From the IMG/VR virus record IMGVR_UViG_3300028840_006907, positions 64,001 through 128,000 of that record: a stretch of DNA of 64,000 bases, one strand, 5' to 3'. The stretch comes from a virus. The notes beneath the pieces are model-generated. The model ran no database searches. It saw nothing but the letters and a program-made list of their open reading frames with translations, and was not told the origin of the DNA. Both the position numbers and the translations under genes were made by a program. This document shows positions 55,329-63,275 of the stretch, piece by piece. Every line of letters begins with the position of its first letter. Positions within the stretch are counted from its first letter, which is position 1.

Positions 55329-55424
55329 TTATGAAAGAAGAAATAATATGCCAAAAGCAGAAAGGGCAGATGCCCATTAACTATCTCTGGAAAAACAATT
55401 GATGGAAATTTCGTTGTTAAGGGT

Positions 55425-55655
55425 GTGTTTCCATTATTCTCTTCATTAACAGGCTTACCTCTTGAAGATATCCTAGAAGTTTTAAAACAGAATAATATGA
55501 TTGTGGATTGGCTGGATTTTTATGACCAGGCAATGGAAGAGAATTGGAAACCGAAACGGACTTTATTGAAAATTCGTGATTCGGTCGGAGAGGTATATGG
55601 ATCTAAGGTAGGAGAAGAGATCATGAAAAAATTTAAAATTTTTCGGGATATTTGA
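55425..55655 (+). CDS. hypothetical protein
   Basis: ORF track. Confidence 0.5.
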   Translation: MFPLFSSLTGLPLEDILEVLKQNNMIVDWLDFYDQAMEENWKPKRTLLKIRDSVGEVYGSKVGEEIMKKFKIFRDI

Positions 55656-55705
55656 TATTCTAGTCTCGTATAATATTTATAGGGATATTTAAATATAAAT
55701 AATAA

Positions 55706-56290
55706 ATGGAGGGAAATATGGTAAATAAAGATCCAGAAGATGTGGCTTTATTCGACATGGATGGCACTCTCTGTGACTACGAGAAAGGACTTATAAAGAG
55801 CTTGGAACAACTCAGGTCACCAATGGAGCCTCCTGTAACGAAACCACCTTCAAAAAGTTCCCCGAACTATTTAAGGGTACGTGCGGATCTGGTACGTACG
55901 AATGAAGATTGGTATGTTAACCTTGATCGATTTGAACTTGGTTTTGATATCTGGAATATTGCTGAAGAACTCGATTATACCAGAATGATTTTAACCCAAG
56001 GCCCGAAACGAAATCCATTCGCATGGTCTGGGAAAAAGATGTGGATCGATAAGCATCTGGGGACGGATGTTGGCATCACCATCACGCGAGATAAAGGGTT
56101 AGTGTATGGACGTGTTCTTGTAGATGACTACCCAGGATATATCAATCGTTGGTTGGAATGGCGTAGGAACGGGTTGGTAGTAATGCCAGCTAGTAGAATT
56201 AATGGTGATTTCAAGCATCCTCAGGTTATCCGATATGACGGGAGTAATTTAAATGAAGTCAGAGAAAGAATGATTGCAGTGAAGAGGTAA
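55706..56290 (+). CDS. HAD-family 5'(3')-deoxyribonucleotidase-like
   Basis: ALFDMDGTLCDY (DxDxT) and VLVDDYP. Confidence 0.6.
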   Translation: MEGNMVNKDPEDVALFDMDGTLCDYEKGLIKSLEQLRSPMEPPVTKPPSKSSPNYLRVRADLVRTNEDWYVNLDRFELGFDIWNIAEELDYTRMILTQGPKRNPFAWSGKKMWIDKHLGTDVGITITRDKGLVYGRVLVDDYPGYINRWLEWRRNGLVVMPASRINGDFKHPQVIRYDGSNLNEVRERMIAVKR

Positions 56291-56291
56291 T

Positions 56292-56693
56292 ATGAGAATG
56301 GTTTATTGTTTTCAAGATTTTGGGTCACACGGATTAATATATCCTCTTGAAGGTGATAATACTCCTAATATGGTTTTTTATATTGAGGAAAATGAAAACG
56401 GTATTTTAGATAATGCATATTTAATGAATACTATTTTTTGTAAAACAAAAGAGATATTCAATACAATTCTTAATAGAATTAAGAATGATCTATTTGAAGT
56501 GAAATATAAAGATTATTCGATTATGTTTAAAGCAATGAAATCGGATAAATCTTATGTGGGTAAATTAAAAAAGCCTTCGAATTCTCTATGGACATTAACA
56601 GAAATTGAAAAAAAAGATACAATCACTCAAATAGATTTATTTATAAAATGTGGCATTGTTCTAATAGGTTATTCTGAGGGAAAAGTAAAATGA
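56292..56693 (+). CDS. hypothetical protein
   Basis: ORF track. Confidence 0.55.
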   Translation: MRMVYCFQDFGSHGLIYPLEGDNTPNMVFYIEENENGILDNAYLMNTIFCKTKEIFNTILNRIKNDLFEVKYKDYSIMFKAMKSDKSYVGKLKKPSNSLWTLTEIEKKDTITQIDLFIKCGIVLIGYSEGKVK

Positions 56694-56902
56694 ATAATTT
56701 AAATAATTCCGAAGATTTAATTCAAAATTTATCTAATAGATCGCTTTTTTTATTAGATCAAGTCTCTGTTTTGAAAAACGATGAAGATTTTCTACTTTTA
56801 TGTTTACATATTGATTCATTGAAATCTTTCGAAAAAAAGATATTTATTAAATTACTTGAGAAAGAAAATATGGATTTTTATGAAAGATTTAAAAATTTAT
56901 GA
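56690..56902 (+). CDS. hypothetical protein
   Basis: ORF track; 4-nt overlaps. Confidence 0.5.
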   Translation: MNNLNNSEDLIQNLSNRSLFLLDQVSVLKNDEDFLLLCLHIDSLKSFEKKIFIKLLEKENMDFYERFKNL

Positions 56903-57333
56903 AATGTCCTGTTTGTAGTACTAAAATAAAAACAATGCCGAATGACGAAGATACGGTTTATTGCCCTAATTGCCATTCAGAGATTCCTCAAAGATTTGCT
57001 GAGAATTTTGAATTATATAAAGAAATGGGAAAAAGGATCAATCCATTCAATGAAATTGAAATCGCTCCTCAGGTCTTAGCGGATCAGTATGAAGATATTG
57101 CAAATCATTTTATACCACAAATCATTGGAGTAAAAGGATTCCTGATAACTGATGAATCGAGTTTGCTTGATTTTAATTTCGAAATTGTAGATGGGAAAAT
57201 AAAAAGAGAGACCAAAAAGACACTGAAGAAAATAAAAAAAATTTATGATGTAGATGTATCTGATATCAAAGATTTGAATTTAATGAAAATCTTTGAACGG
57301 TTAAGGATATTATCACCTGTATTTAATCAGTAA
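56899..57333 (+). CDS. zinc-ribbon protein
   Basis: CPVC...CPNC at the N-terminus. Confidence 0.55.
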   Translation: MKCPVCSTKIKTMPNDEDTVYCPNCHSEIPQRFAENFELYKEMGKRINPFNEIEIAPQVLADQYEDIANHFIPQIIGVKGFLITDESSLLDFNFEIVDGKIKRETKKTLKKIKKIYDVDVSDIKDLNLMKIFERLRILSPVFNQ

Positions 57334-57475
57334 AGTGAGGTATTATGCTTTATTTAATTATTAACTCAATAATGATTCTTATAGCTATAGGGGTTTTAGT
57401 AATGTTCTATAGATTCAGTGAACAAGATATTGGCATGGAGTATGCCAGGGACGGATTACCATATAAGGGGAAAAT

Positions 57476-58360
57476 GTGGATTTAATAATTGAAACAGATA
57501 TAGGTCATGATCCTGATGATTTCTTTGCACTCTGTTATTTCTTTTCTGTAGGAGTAAATGTACGGGCTATTTTAATCTCACCAGGAGATGAATCACAAGT
57601 TGCTATTGTTCGTTTTCTCCTCTCTGAACTGGGTAGAGAGGATGTAGTTGTAGGTGTCCCGGAACTGGGCAGAAGAAAGGAATATTTAACAAGTATTCAT
57701 AAATATTTTATTATAAGATATAATTATCCACGTTTTTCAGATGATTGTTGTGTTGGTGAAGAAATTCTTCATACTGTTTTTGATATATACCCTCAGAGTG
57801 AATTGTTTATTTGTGGTGCAATAAGAAATATTGGTAATTATCTTATCAGAAATGAAAATATAAAAATACCGAAAGCAGTCATGCAAGGTGGGTTTATAGG
57901 ATACGATACTCATGGTATTGATGTACCTAAATTAGATAAGTTCATTGGTAAAGAGAGTGTACCAACTTTTAATCTCAATGGATATGTCAGAGGTTCTCAG
58001 GCTTTTTTAAATCATTATAATATTGGGGAAAGATGGTTTGTTTCTAAAAATGTGTGTCACACAGCTATCTATGATTCAAAGATCCATGAAAAAGTTACGG
58101 CTATTCCGGCCAAGAACAGAGCAATGGAATTATTCCAGGAAGGAATGACAGAGTATTTAAGGAAACATCCTAAAGGTAAGAAATTCCATGATCCAACGGC
58201 AGCGGTATGCCATCTTCATCCTGAAATCGGGACTTGGGTAAAAGCCCGGTTATATCGATATCAAGGGGGATGGGGTTCTCGTATAGACGGTAATGGTGAT
58301 AATATTATAGTTGATATTGATCATAAAAAATTATGGGATTACATTGCAAAAGGAAAATAA
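57476..58360 (+). CDS. nucleoside hydrolase-like protein
   Basis: N-terminal IIETDIGHDPDDFFAL resembles the IU-nucleoside hydrolase DxDxxxDD motif. GTG start. Confidence 0.5.
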   Translation: MDLIIETDIGHDPDDFFALCYFFSVGVNVRAILISPGDESQVAIVRFLLSELGREDVVVGVPELGRRKEYLTSIHKYFIIRYNYPRFSDDCCVGEEILHTVFDIYPQSELFICGAIRNIGNYLIRNENIKIPKAVMQGGFIGYDTHGIDVPKLDKFIGKESVPTFNLNGYVRGSQAFLNHYNIGERWFVSKNVCHTAIYDSKIHEKVTAIPAKNRAMELFQEGMTEYLRKHPKGKKFHDPTAAVCHLHPEIGTWVKARLYRYQGGWGSRIDGNGDNIIVDIDHKKLWDYIAKGK

Positions 58361-58369
58361 TAGTTTGAT

Positions 58370-58645
58370 ATGTTACAGATTGCTTTTGATGTAGATGGTT
58401 GTTTAATTCAACAAATTGGGGTAAAAGAAGATACTCCCCGATATGATGTTATTGCTCTTTATCGTTTATTTGAAAAATTTGAAAATGATCTGTACATTTG
58501 GTCCGGCGGTGGTATAGATTATGCTACTAGATGGAGAGATAAATTAGGTTTAACAGGTGAGGTCGTTCAAAAAGGCTCTTTTAAACCTGATATTGCTGTT
58601 GATGACGAAGAAGTTGATCTTGGTATAGTAAATTTAAGGGTTTGA
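58370..58645 (+). CDS. small HAD-like protein
   Basis: IAFDVDGCL ... VDDEE. Confidence 0.45.
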   Translation: MLQIAFDVDGCLIQQIGVKEDTPRYDVIALYRLFEKFENDLYIWSGGGIDYATRWRDKLGLTGEVVQKGSFKPDIAVDDEEVDLGIVNLRV

Positions 58646-58646
58646 T

Positions 58647-58829
58647 ATGAATGCAAATAATGAAGAAAATCTGGATCAGGAAGATACTGGTTTTATATTA
58701 TGGTGTTTAGGATTTGTCCTTGGTGTATCAGAAGGTTTAGATGATAAACATAAAAAATTTATAAAAGATAATCATGATAGGGTTGCTTTAAAAATAGGCC
58801 GAATACATGAGAGGCAACAGGTAAATTAA
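58647..58829 (+). CDS. hypothetical protein
   Basis: ORF track. Confidence 0.45.
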   Translation: MNANNEENLDQEDTGFILWCLGFVLGVSEGLDDKHKKFIKDNHDRVALKIGRIHERQQVN

Positions 58830-58993
58830 TGGGACTTATAGGAAAACCTAATAAAGAATATAAAATCCGATTAAAATATTGGACCAAAGGCATGGAAATA
58901 CAATGCCCTAGTTGTAAAACAATGGTTAAAGAACCCTATAAATGTCCTAAATGTTTTTCTATTCTTAAACCATATGTTAAGGGGAAAAGATGA
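58829..58993 (+). CDS. small zinc-ribbon protein (54 aa)
   Basis: CPSC...CPKC, hand-translated; overlaps neighbours by 1-4 nt. Confidence 0.4.
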   Translation: MGLIGKPNKEYKIRLKYWTKGMEIQCPSCKTMVKEPYKCPKCFSILKPYVKGKR

Positions 58994-59796
58994 TAAAGTT
59001 AATTTATGCTACTGACCTTCATGGGGATCCTCGTAAGTATCGAGCTGTTCTGGAATTCGCTCTGAAACATGATATAAAGTTAATTCATCTCGGTGCTGAT
59101 ATATTACCGAAAGGTACCAATCTGTTAAAGATACAGAAAAGGTTCGTTAAGAATTACTTAAAAGATTTTCATACTGAGTGCGACTCTTATGGTATCAAAA
59201 TTTTAAGTTTCTTTGGCAATGACGATATCTATACTCGTAAGAAGTATTTTCGGGAATATGGTGAATTGCTCGATGAGAATCCATGTACAATAGAAGGCTA
59301 TGAATTTAAAGCTTACCCCTATGTCTTGGATTATCCCTTTGGTATAAAATCCGCTTGTAAACTGGATTATCCTGGGTGGAAATGTCCCGATCTTTATTTA
59401 ACCAATCCATGTGAGTTTAATGAAAAAGGTTATTATCTCATTGAAGATATAAATGATTACTTTCTGCAGAAGGGTACTGTGGAAGATGATCTTAAAGAGA
59501 TCCATGCCGATGATAAAACTATCATGGCGATGCATATGCCTCCGCAGGGACTCGGTATGGATGTCTGTTACGGGAACAGGCGTGTAGGTTCCAAGTCAGT
59601 CCTGGACTGGATCTATCGGGAACAACCCTTGTTATTTCTGTCAGGTCATATTCATGAAAGTCCTGAGATAACGGGTATTTGGAAGACTATGGTAGGTGAC
59701 ACAGTGGTTATTCAGCCCGGACAAAAAACCGATAAAACCACAATGGTTTATATCGAAATAGATGGTAATAAAGTTGATGCTCAATTAATAGGATAA
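58990..59796 (+). CDS. calcineurin-like metallophosphoesterase
   Basis: YATDLHGD, LGADIL, FGNDD, GHIHES motifs. Confidence 0.65.
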   Translation: MIKLIYATDLHGDPRKYRAVLEFALKHDIKLIHLGADILPKGTNLLKIQKRFVKNYLKDFHTECDSYGIKILSFFGNDDIYTRKKYFREYGELLDENPCTIEGYEFKAYPYVLDYPFGIKSACKLDYPGWKCPDLYLTNPCEFNEKGYYLIEDINDYFLQKGTVEDDLKEIHADDKTIMAMHMPPQGLGMDVCYGNRRVGSKSVLDWIYREQPLLFLSGHIHESPEITGIWKTMVGDTVVIQPGQKTDKTTMVYIEIDGNKVDAQLIG

Positions 59797-59799
59797 ATT

Positions 59800-60072
59800 A
59801 TGTTTGAAAATTTACAGATAATAGTTTCTTCGGAAGAAGAGAAACAGGAATTATTAAGAGGGTGTAAGCATATTCATGATTTTACTGTGTTGTCTCAGGA
59901 TGATAAAAGCATCACAGCTCACGATGAATTTGGTGAAACTAGACCTCTTGAAAAAGATGTTGTTGGGGTATGTTTGAATTTCGATGAGTACCCTTTTGTT
60001 AATTTCCTAGCCGGACTATACGACTGTGATGATAAATCGATTCAAGAAGATATTATTAAAGTAAAACCCTAA
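59800..60072 (+). CDS. hypothetical protein
   Basis: ORF track. Confidence 0.5.
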   Translation: MFENLQIIVSSEEEKQELLRGCKHIHDFTVLSQDDKSITAHDEFGETRPLEKDVVGVCLNFDEYPFVNFLAGLYDCDDKSIQEDIIKVKP

Positions 60073-60170
60073 TTGCTCATACTAAATTATGATGTGATTA
60101 TAAAGTGAAAATATAAAAAGAAACAGTCTAATACCTGAAGAATACAGAAAAAATAAAAATAAAAAACTGG

Positions 60171-60199
60171 TTGACACGGTTATGTTTTTTTAGTATTAT
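60171..60199 (+). promoter_or_regulatory. sigma70-like promoter
   Basis: TTGACA, 17 nt, TATTAT. Confidence 0.6.
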
Positions 60200-60241
60200 T
60201 AAGGGTAGTTATTGAAGATTAAATTTTTAAAAAGTAGGAAA

Positions 60242-60376
60242 ATGATGAATTTATTTAAGGCCCAGAACACAGTCAAAAGCATAAGACTACTATCAAGTAG
60301 TTTTAAATGCTCATTGTGTTTATCCCATATGCTCTATTCAATTAGAGGAAAACAGGTATGGGTGGGGTCTATGTGA
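60242..60376 (+). CDS. 44-aa ORF between promoter and terminator
   Basis: MMNLFKAQNTVKSIRLL...; may instead be a small RNA. Confidence 0.25.
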   Translation: MMNLFKAQNTVKSIRLLSSSFKCSLCLSHMLYSIRGKQVWVGSM

Positions 60377-60407
60377 ATGTGATTTAATACATAATACGGA
60401 TAAAAAA

Positions 60408-60442
60408 AGCCCCCGCCCGATAAAAAGGACGGGGGCTTTTTT
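60408..60442 (+). terminator. rho-independent terminator
   Basis: GC-rich stem agcccccgccc/ggacgggggct followed by T6. Confidence 0.75.
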
Positions 60443-60462
60443 CGTTTATAGGGTTAAAAGTA

Positions 60463-60711
60463 ATGAAAACAGTAAAAGACAGAGCATATTCATTTAATCA
60501 TACGAAAGATCGGCTTCTTGAAAGATGCCAGGTATCTTTATCGTTCGATGAATACAATGAGCTTTGTCAGAGATATATTGATAATAAAGTAACAATTGAT
60601 AATGTGGAAGGAGAGCAGATAGTATTCCTGACTGGATTTAAAGGAAACATGATTAAGTTTGTCTGGTCAAATAAACGTAAGTTGATTACAACTGCTCTTA
60701 AAACAATTTAA
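60463..60711 (+). CDS. hypothetical protein
   Basis: ORF track. Confidence 0.55.
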   Translation: MKTVKDRAYSFNHTKDRLLERCQVSLSFDEYNELCQRYIDNKVTIDNVEGEQIVFLTGFKGNMIKFVWSNKRKLITTALKTI

Positions 60712-60767
60712 CAAAGGAGACAGCCATTATGGTTGATGACTTTAGTGACTTTAGAAGTTTTAATTAT

Positions 60768-60843
60768 GGCTGTCTGACCGATGTGGTAAAGGTGCTGGAC
60801 TGAAAATCCAGAAATTCCGGTTCAATTCCGGAGGCAGCCACCA
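60768..60843 (+). tRNA. tRNA-Phe(GAA)
   Basis: Acceptor GGCTGTC/GGCAGCC, anticodon loop CTGAAAA, T-loop TTCAATT, CCA encoded. Confidence 0.85.
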
Positions 60844-60870
60844 TTAGTAAATTAGTGTTTTTTAATAAAA

Positions 60871-60946
60871 GGGCGTATCGGCAAGCGGTTAAGCCACTAC
60901 TCTGATAAGGTAGCATGCGAAAGTTCAAATCTTTCTACGCCCACCA
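60871..60946 (+). tRNA. tRNA-Ile(GAT)
   Basis: Acceptor GGGCGTA/TACGCCC, anticodon loop CTGATAA, CCA encoded. Confidence 0.9.
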
Positions 60947-60965
60947 TAAATCTTAGGAGGACAAG

Positions 60966-61732
60966 GTGTTCTGGGTTTTACAAAACAATCTTTTTAATGA
61001 AGTAGGGTTTCAGTCTTTGGTAGGAACTCTGGAAAGGATGAATATAAAACATATCATTGTGAAAGTGGTTCCTTTTGTAGGAGATATAATTCCTGACATA
61101 AACCCGAAGAACCCTGTCATAGCAGTGGGAGCCTATTCCATGTGGAAGGTTGCCAAAAGAAAAGATGGCACCCAGGTGTCTTTGTGAATGAGAATTTTAC
61201 GTATCCGAAATTGATAAAACATTATGGAGACAATCTCTTAAATAAAGAATGCAATATAACTACACTTGAGAATGTTCTCCCGAAATATAACGAATTTTTT
61301 ATAAAACCTTGTAAGGATAGTAAAGTTTTCTCAGGACAAAGGATGACCTGGGTAGAATTTAAAGAGTGGAGAGAAAGAATCTTAGAACTCGGATGGGAGG
61401 GTTCAGTAAAGGGAAGTACCTGTGTAGTACAGGCACCTGTAAAAGAAATCTACCGGGAGTACCGGTTCTTTATAGTGAATGGTAAAGTTGTCACAGGTTC
61501 GCAATACAGAGTAGGAATGCGGGTATTTTCAACGGAATGTCATGAAAAGGATGTAATTGAATATGCTCAACGAATGGTTGATCTCTGGAGTCCGGATGTA
61601 GGTTTTGTCATTGACATAGCACTAACTCCTGAAGGATTCAAAGTTATCGAGATAAACTGTTTAAATGCTTCAGGCTTTTATGCCTGTGATATGAGTAAAG
61701 TAGTTTTTGCATTGGAGAAAATTTATAATTAA
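60966..61732 (+). pseudogene. ATP-grasp-domain gene split by a -1 frame change (frameshifted gene or pseudogene)
   Basis: The ORFs 60966..61187 and 61142..61732 overlap in frames 0 and -1 around gccaaaagaaaagatgg. The downstream part has an ATP-grasp-like EYRFFIVNGKVV...VIDIA...VIEINCLNASGFY. Confidence 0.55.
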
Positions 61733-61733
61733 C

Positions 61734-61819
61734 GCAGACGTGCTGGAATGGTAGACAGGCTTGGCTAAGGACCAAGTGTTCGTATGGGCGTGAGAGTTCG
61801 AGTCTCTCCGTCTGCACCA
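61734..61819 (+). tRNA. tRNA-Leu(AAG), type II
   Basis: Acceptor GCAGACG/CGTCTGC, anticodon stem CTTGG/CCAAG, loop CTAAGGA, long variable arm, CCA encoded. Confidence 0.8.
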
Positions 61820-61833
61820 TATAGGAAGTAAAG

Positions 61834-61998
61834 ATGGGCGAATGTAATTGCTGTTATATGACAATGGGAGAACATGCTTTGACTTGCCCTGCGTATAAAA
61901 GGGATAAAAGTCAGCCCTGTGATTGTTGCTATATGACAACAGGAGAACATGCTCTTACTTGCCCACAGTATGAAATTGAAGATAATGAGGAGGATTAA
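61834..61998 (+). CDS. 54-aa protein with a tandem Cys motif
   Basis: C(N/D)CCYMT(M/T)GEHALTCP(A/Q)Y occurs twice. AGGAAG RBS. Confidence 0.45.
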   Translation: MGECNCCYMTMGEHALTCPAYKRDKSQPCDCCYMTTGEHALTCPQYEIEDNEED

Positions 61999-62077
61999 GA
62001 TGGGACTGAACTCATCGTTGTTTAAACGTAAGTGGTTTGTAGATTAAGACCTGAGCCTGAGTGCTACAGGTCTGTAC

Positions 62078-62150
62078 GGGCTTGTGGCCAAGTTGGTAAG
62101 GCTCTTGACTTTTAATCAAGAAATCGTCAGTTCGATCCTGACCAGGCCCA
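62078..62150 (+). tRNA. tRNA-Lys(TTT)
   Basis: Acceptor GGGCTTG/CAGGCCC, anticodon stem CTTGA/TCAAG, loop CTTTTAA. Confidence 0.85.
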
Positions 62151-62159
62151 TATGTAAAC

Positions 62160-62236
62160 GCTCCCGTAACTCAGTTGGTCAGAGTAGCTGATTCTTAATC
62201 AGCGAGTCGAGTGTTCAAATCACTCCGGGAGTACCA
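62160..62236 (+). tRNA. tRNA-Lys(CTT)
   Basis: Acceptor GCTCCCG/CGGGAGT, anticodon loop TTCTTAA, CCA encoded. Confidence 0.9.
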
Positions 62237-62255
62237 TAAGTAAAGTAAATAATTC

Positions 62256-62344
62256 GGAAGGGAGCCAGATATTGGTTAGCTGGGGCTGTCTGCTAAACAG
62301 TTGTTCTATAAGGACTTAGGGTTCAATTCCCTATCCTTCCGCCA
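62256..62344 (+). tRNA. tRNA-Ser(GCT), type II
   Basis: Acceptor GGAAGGG/TCCTTCC, anticodon loop CTGCTAA, long variable arm, CCA encoded. Confidence 0.85.
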
Positions 62345-62360
62345 TAAAAAGAAGATTAGC

Positions 62361-62603
62361 ATGAAAGATGAAGATGAACTTAAATGGTGTGATGACGATT
62401 GCAAAAATTGTGATGACGATTCAATAATTAAAGAAATACATGCTATTCGGAAGGAACATGCTAAAAGGTTTAATTATGATATAAAAGCTATGGGAGACGA
62501 TCACAAATTAAAACATCCAATCATTGTAGAGATGATGACTGCAAGTAGAAAAGGAGATCATGAAACTGTTAGAAAATTAAGACAAAAGTTGAATTCTATG
62601 TGA
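62361..62603 (+). CDS. hypothetical protein (80 aa)
   Basis: The track ORF starts inside tRNA-Ser. The likely start is MKDEDELKWCDDDC at 62361. Confidence 0.5.
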   Translation: MKDEDELKWCDDDCKNCDDDSIIKEIHAIRKEHAKRFNYDIKAMGDDHKLKHPIIVEMMTASRKGDHETVRKLRQKLNSM

Positions 62604-62767
62604 ATGAAAAGATTTTAAAAATGAATATGAAAAAGAAAGAACAGAAAAAGGCAATAAAATGGGGCAGAAGAAAGATATACATAGGAAGAAAAAGATTAAT
62701 GCCCGTAAACGAAAACCGTGTAATCGGGATTGCGAAAACTATAAAAAATTCAAGTGTTAATATATAG

Positions 62768-62845
62768 GGCCGAGTGGTGAAGTTGTTTTAACACGGTAGT
62801 CTGCAAAACTATTATGCGTCGGTTAGAATCCGACCTCGGCCTCCA
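62768..62845 (+). tRNA. tRNA-Cys(GCA)
   Basis: Acceptor GGCCGAG/CTCGGCC, anticodon loop CTGCAAA, T-loop TTAGAAT, CCA encoded. Confidence 0.85.
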
Positions 62846-62858
62846 GTTCTTTGAAATA

Positions 62859-63064
62859 AATAAGTATATCGAGTCCACGCGCAGATGTTAAGTCTGTGAG
62901 GAAGCTCAGGACATCACCGCTGACGGAAGGAGACGTAAGTCGTAGGTACTTCCTAGGATGCAACACAAACAGACCTATGCCGGTGAGCGGGGCTATGATG
63001 GTCGGGTTAGTGGCAAAGATAAATGTGGACATAAAACAGAATCCTGGCTACGGATATACTTATT
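62859..63064 (+). ncRNA. rnpB: minimal RNase P RNA-like gene
   Basis: GAGGAAGCTCAGGAC (62898-62912) parallels the bacterial CR-I GAGGAAAGUCCGGGC. ACAGAATCCTGGCTAC (63036-63051) parallels CR-V ACAGAACCCGGCUUA. The two strands form P4 (AGC-U-CAGGA with UCCUG-GCU) with a bulged U. P1 is 12 bp perfect (62859-62870 with 63053-63064). P2 pairs gtccac with gtggac. AGATAAATG parallels AGAUGAAUG. Confidence 0.7.
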
Positions 63065-63068
63065 ATAC

Positions 63069-63176
63069 GGAGAGGTAGGTTTAATTGGTAAAATCAGTGC
63101 TTTGCACAGCACCTAAGCTAGCAAGGTGCCATTCCAGGGATGGATTTCGGGGTTCAAGTCCCCGTCTCTCTGCCAA
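63069..63176 (+). tRNA. aberrant 108-nt tRNA-like gene (anticodon uncertain)
   Basis: Canonical acceptor GGAGAGG/TCTCTCT, D-arm, T-arm CGGGG-TTCAAGT-CCCCG and CCA. Between the D-arm and T-arm lie ~53 nt with competing hairpins. Confidence 0.5.
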
Positions 63177-63186
63177 TAAATTATAC

Positions 63187-63275
63187 GGAGGTAGACCGGC
63201 TGGACGAGGAGCCTGTCTTGAAAACAGGTAGGGCTGTAAAAGGTCTTCGGGGTTCAAGTCCTCGTGCCTCCGCCA
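63187..63275 (+). tRNA. tRNA-Ser(TGA), type II
   Basis: Acceptor GGAGGTA/TGCCTCC, anticodon loop CTTGAAA, long variable arm, CCA encoded. Confidence 0.85.

Noticed and set aside
61670-61950. Minus-strand ORFs 61670..61939 and 61765..61950.
   Set aside because: They are antisense to tRNA-Leu and to the better-supported plus-strand Cys-motif mini-protein.
62078-62150. A possible ochre-suppressor tRNA (anticodon TTA) on first reading of the loop ttttaat.
   Set aside because: That register gives a mispaired anticodon stem. The perfect stem CTTGA/TCAAG puts the loop at CTTTTAA, giving anticodon TTT (Lys).
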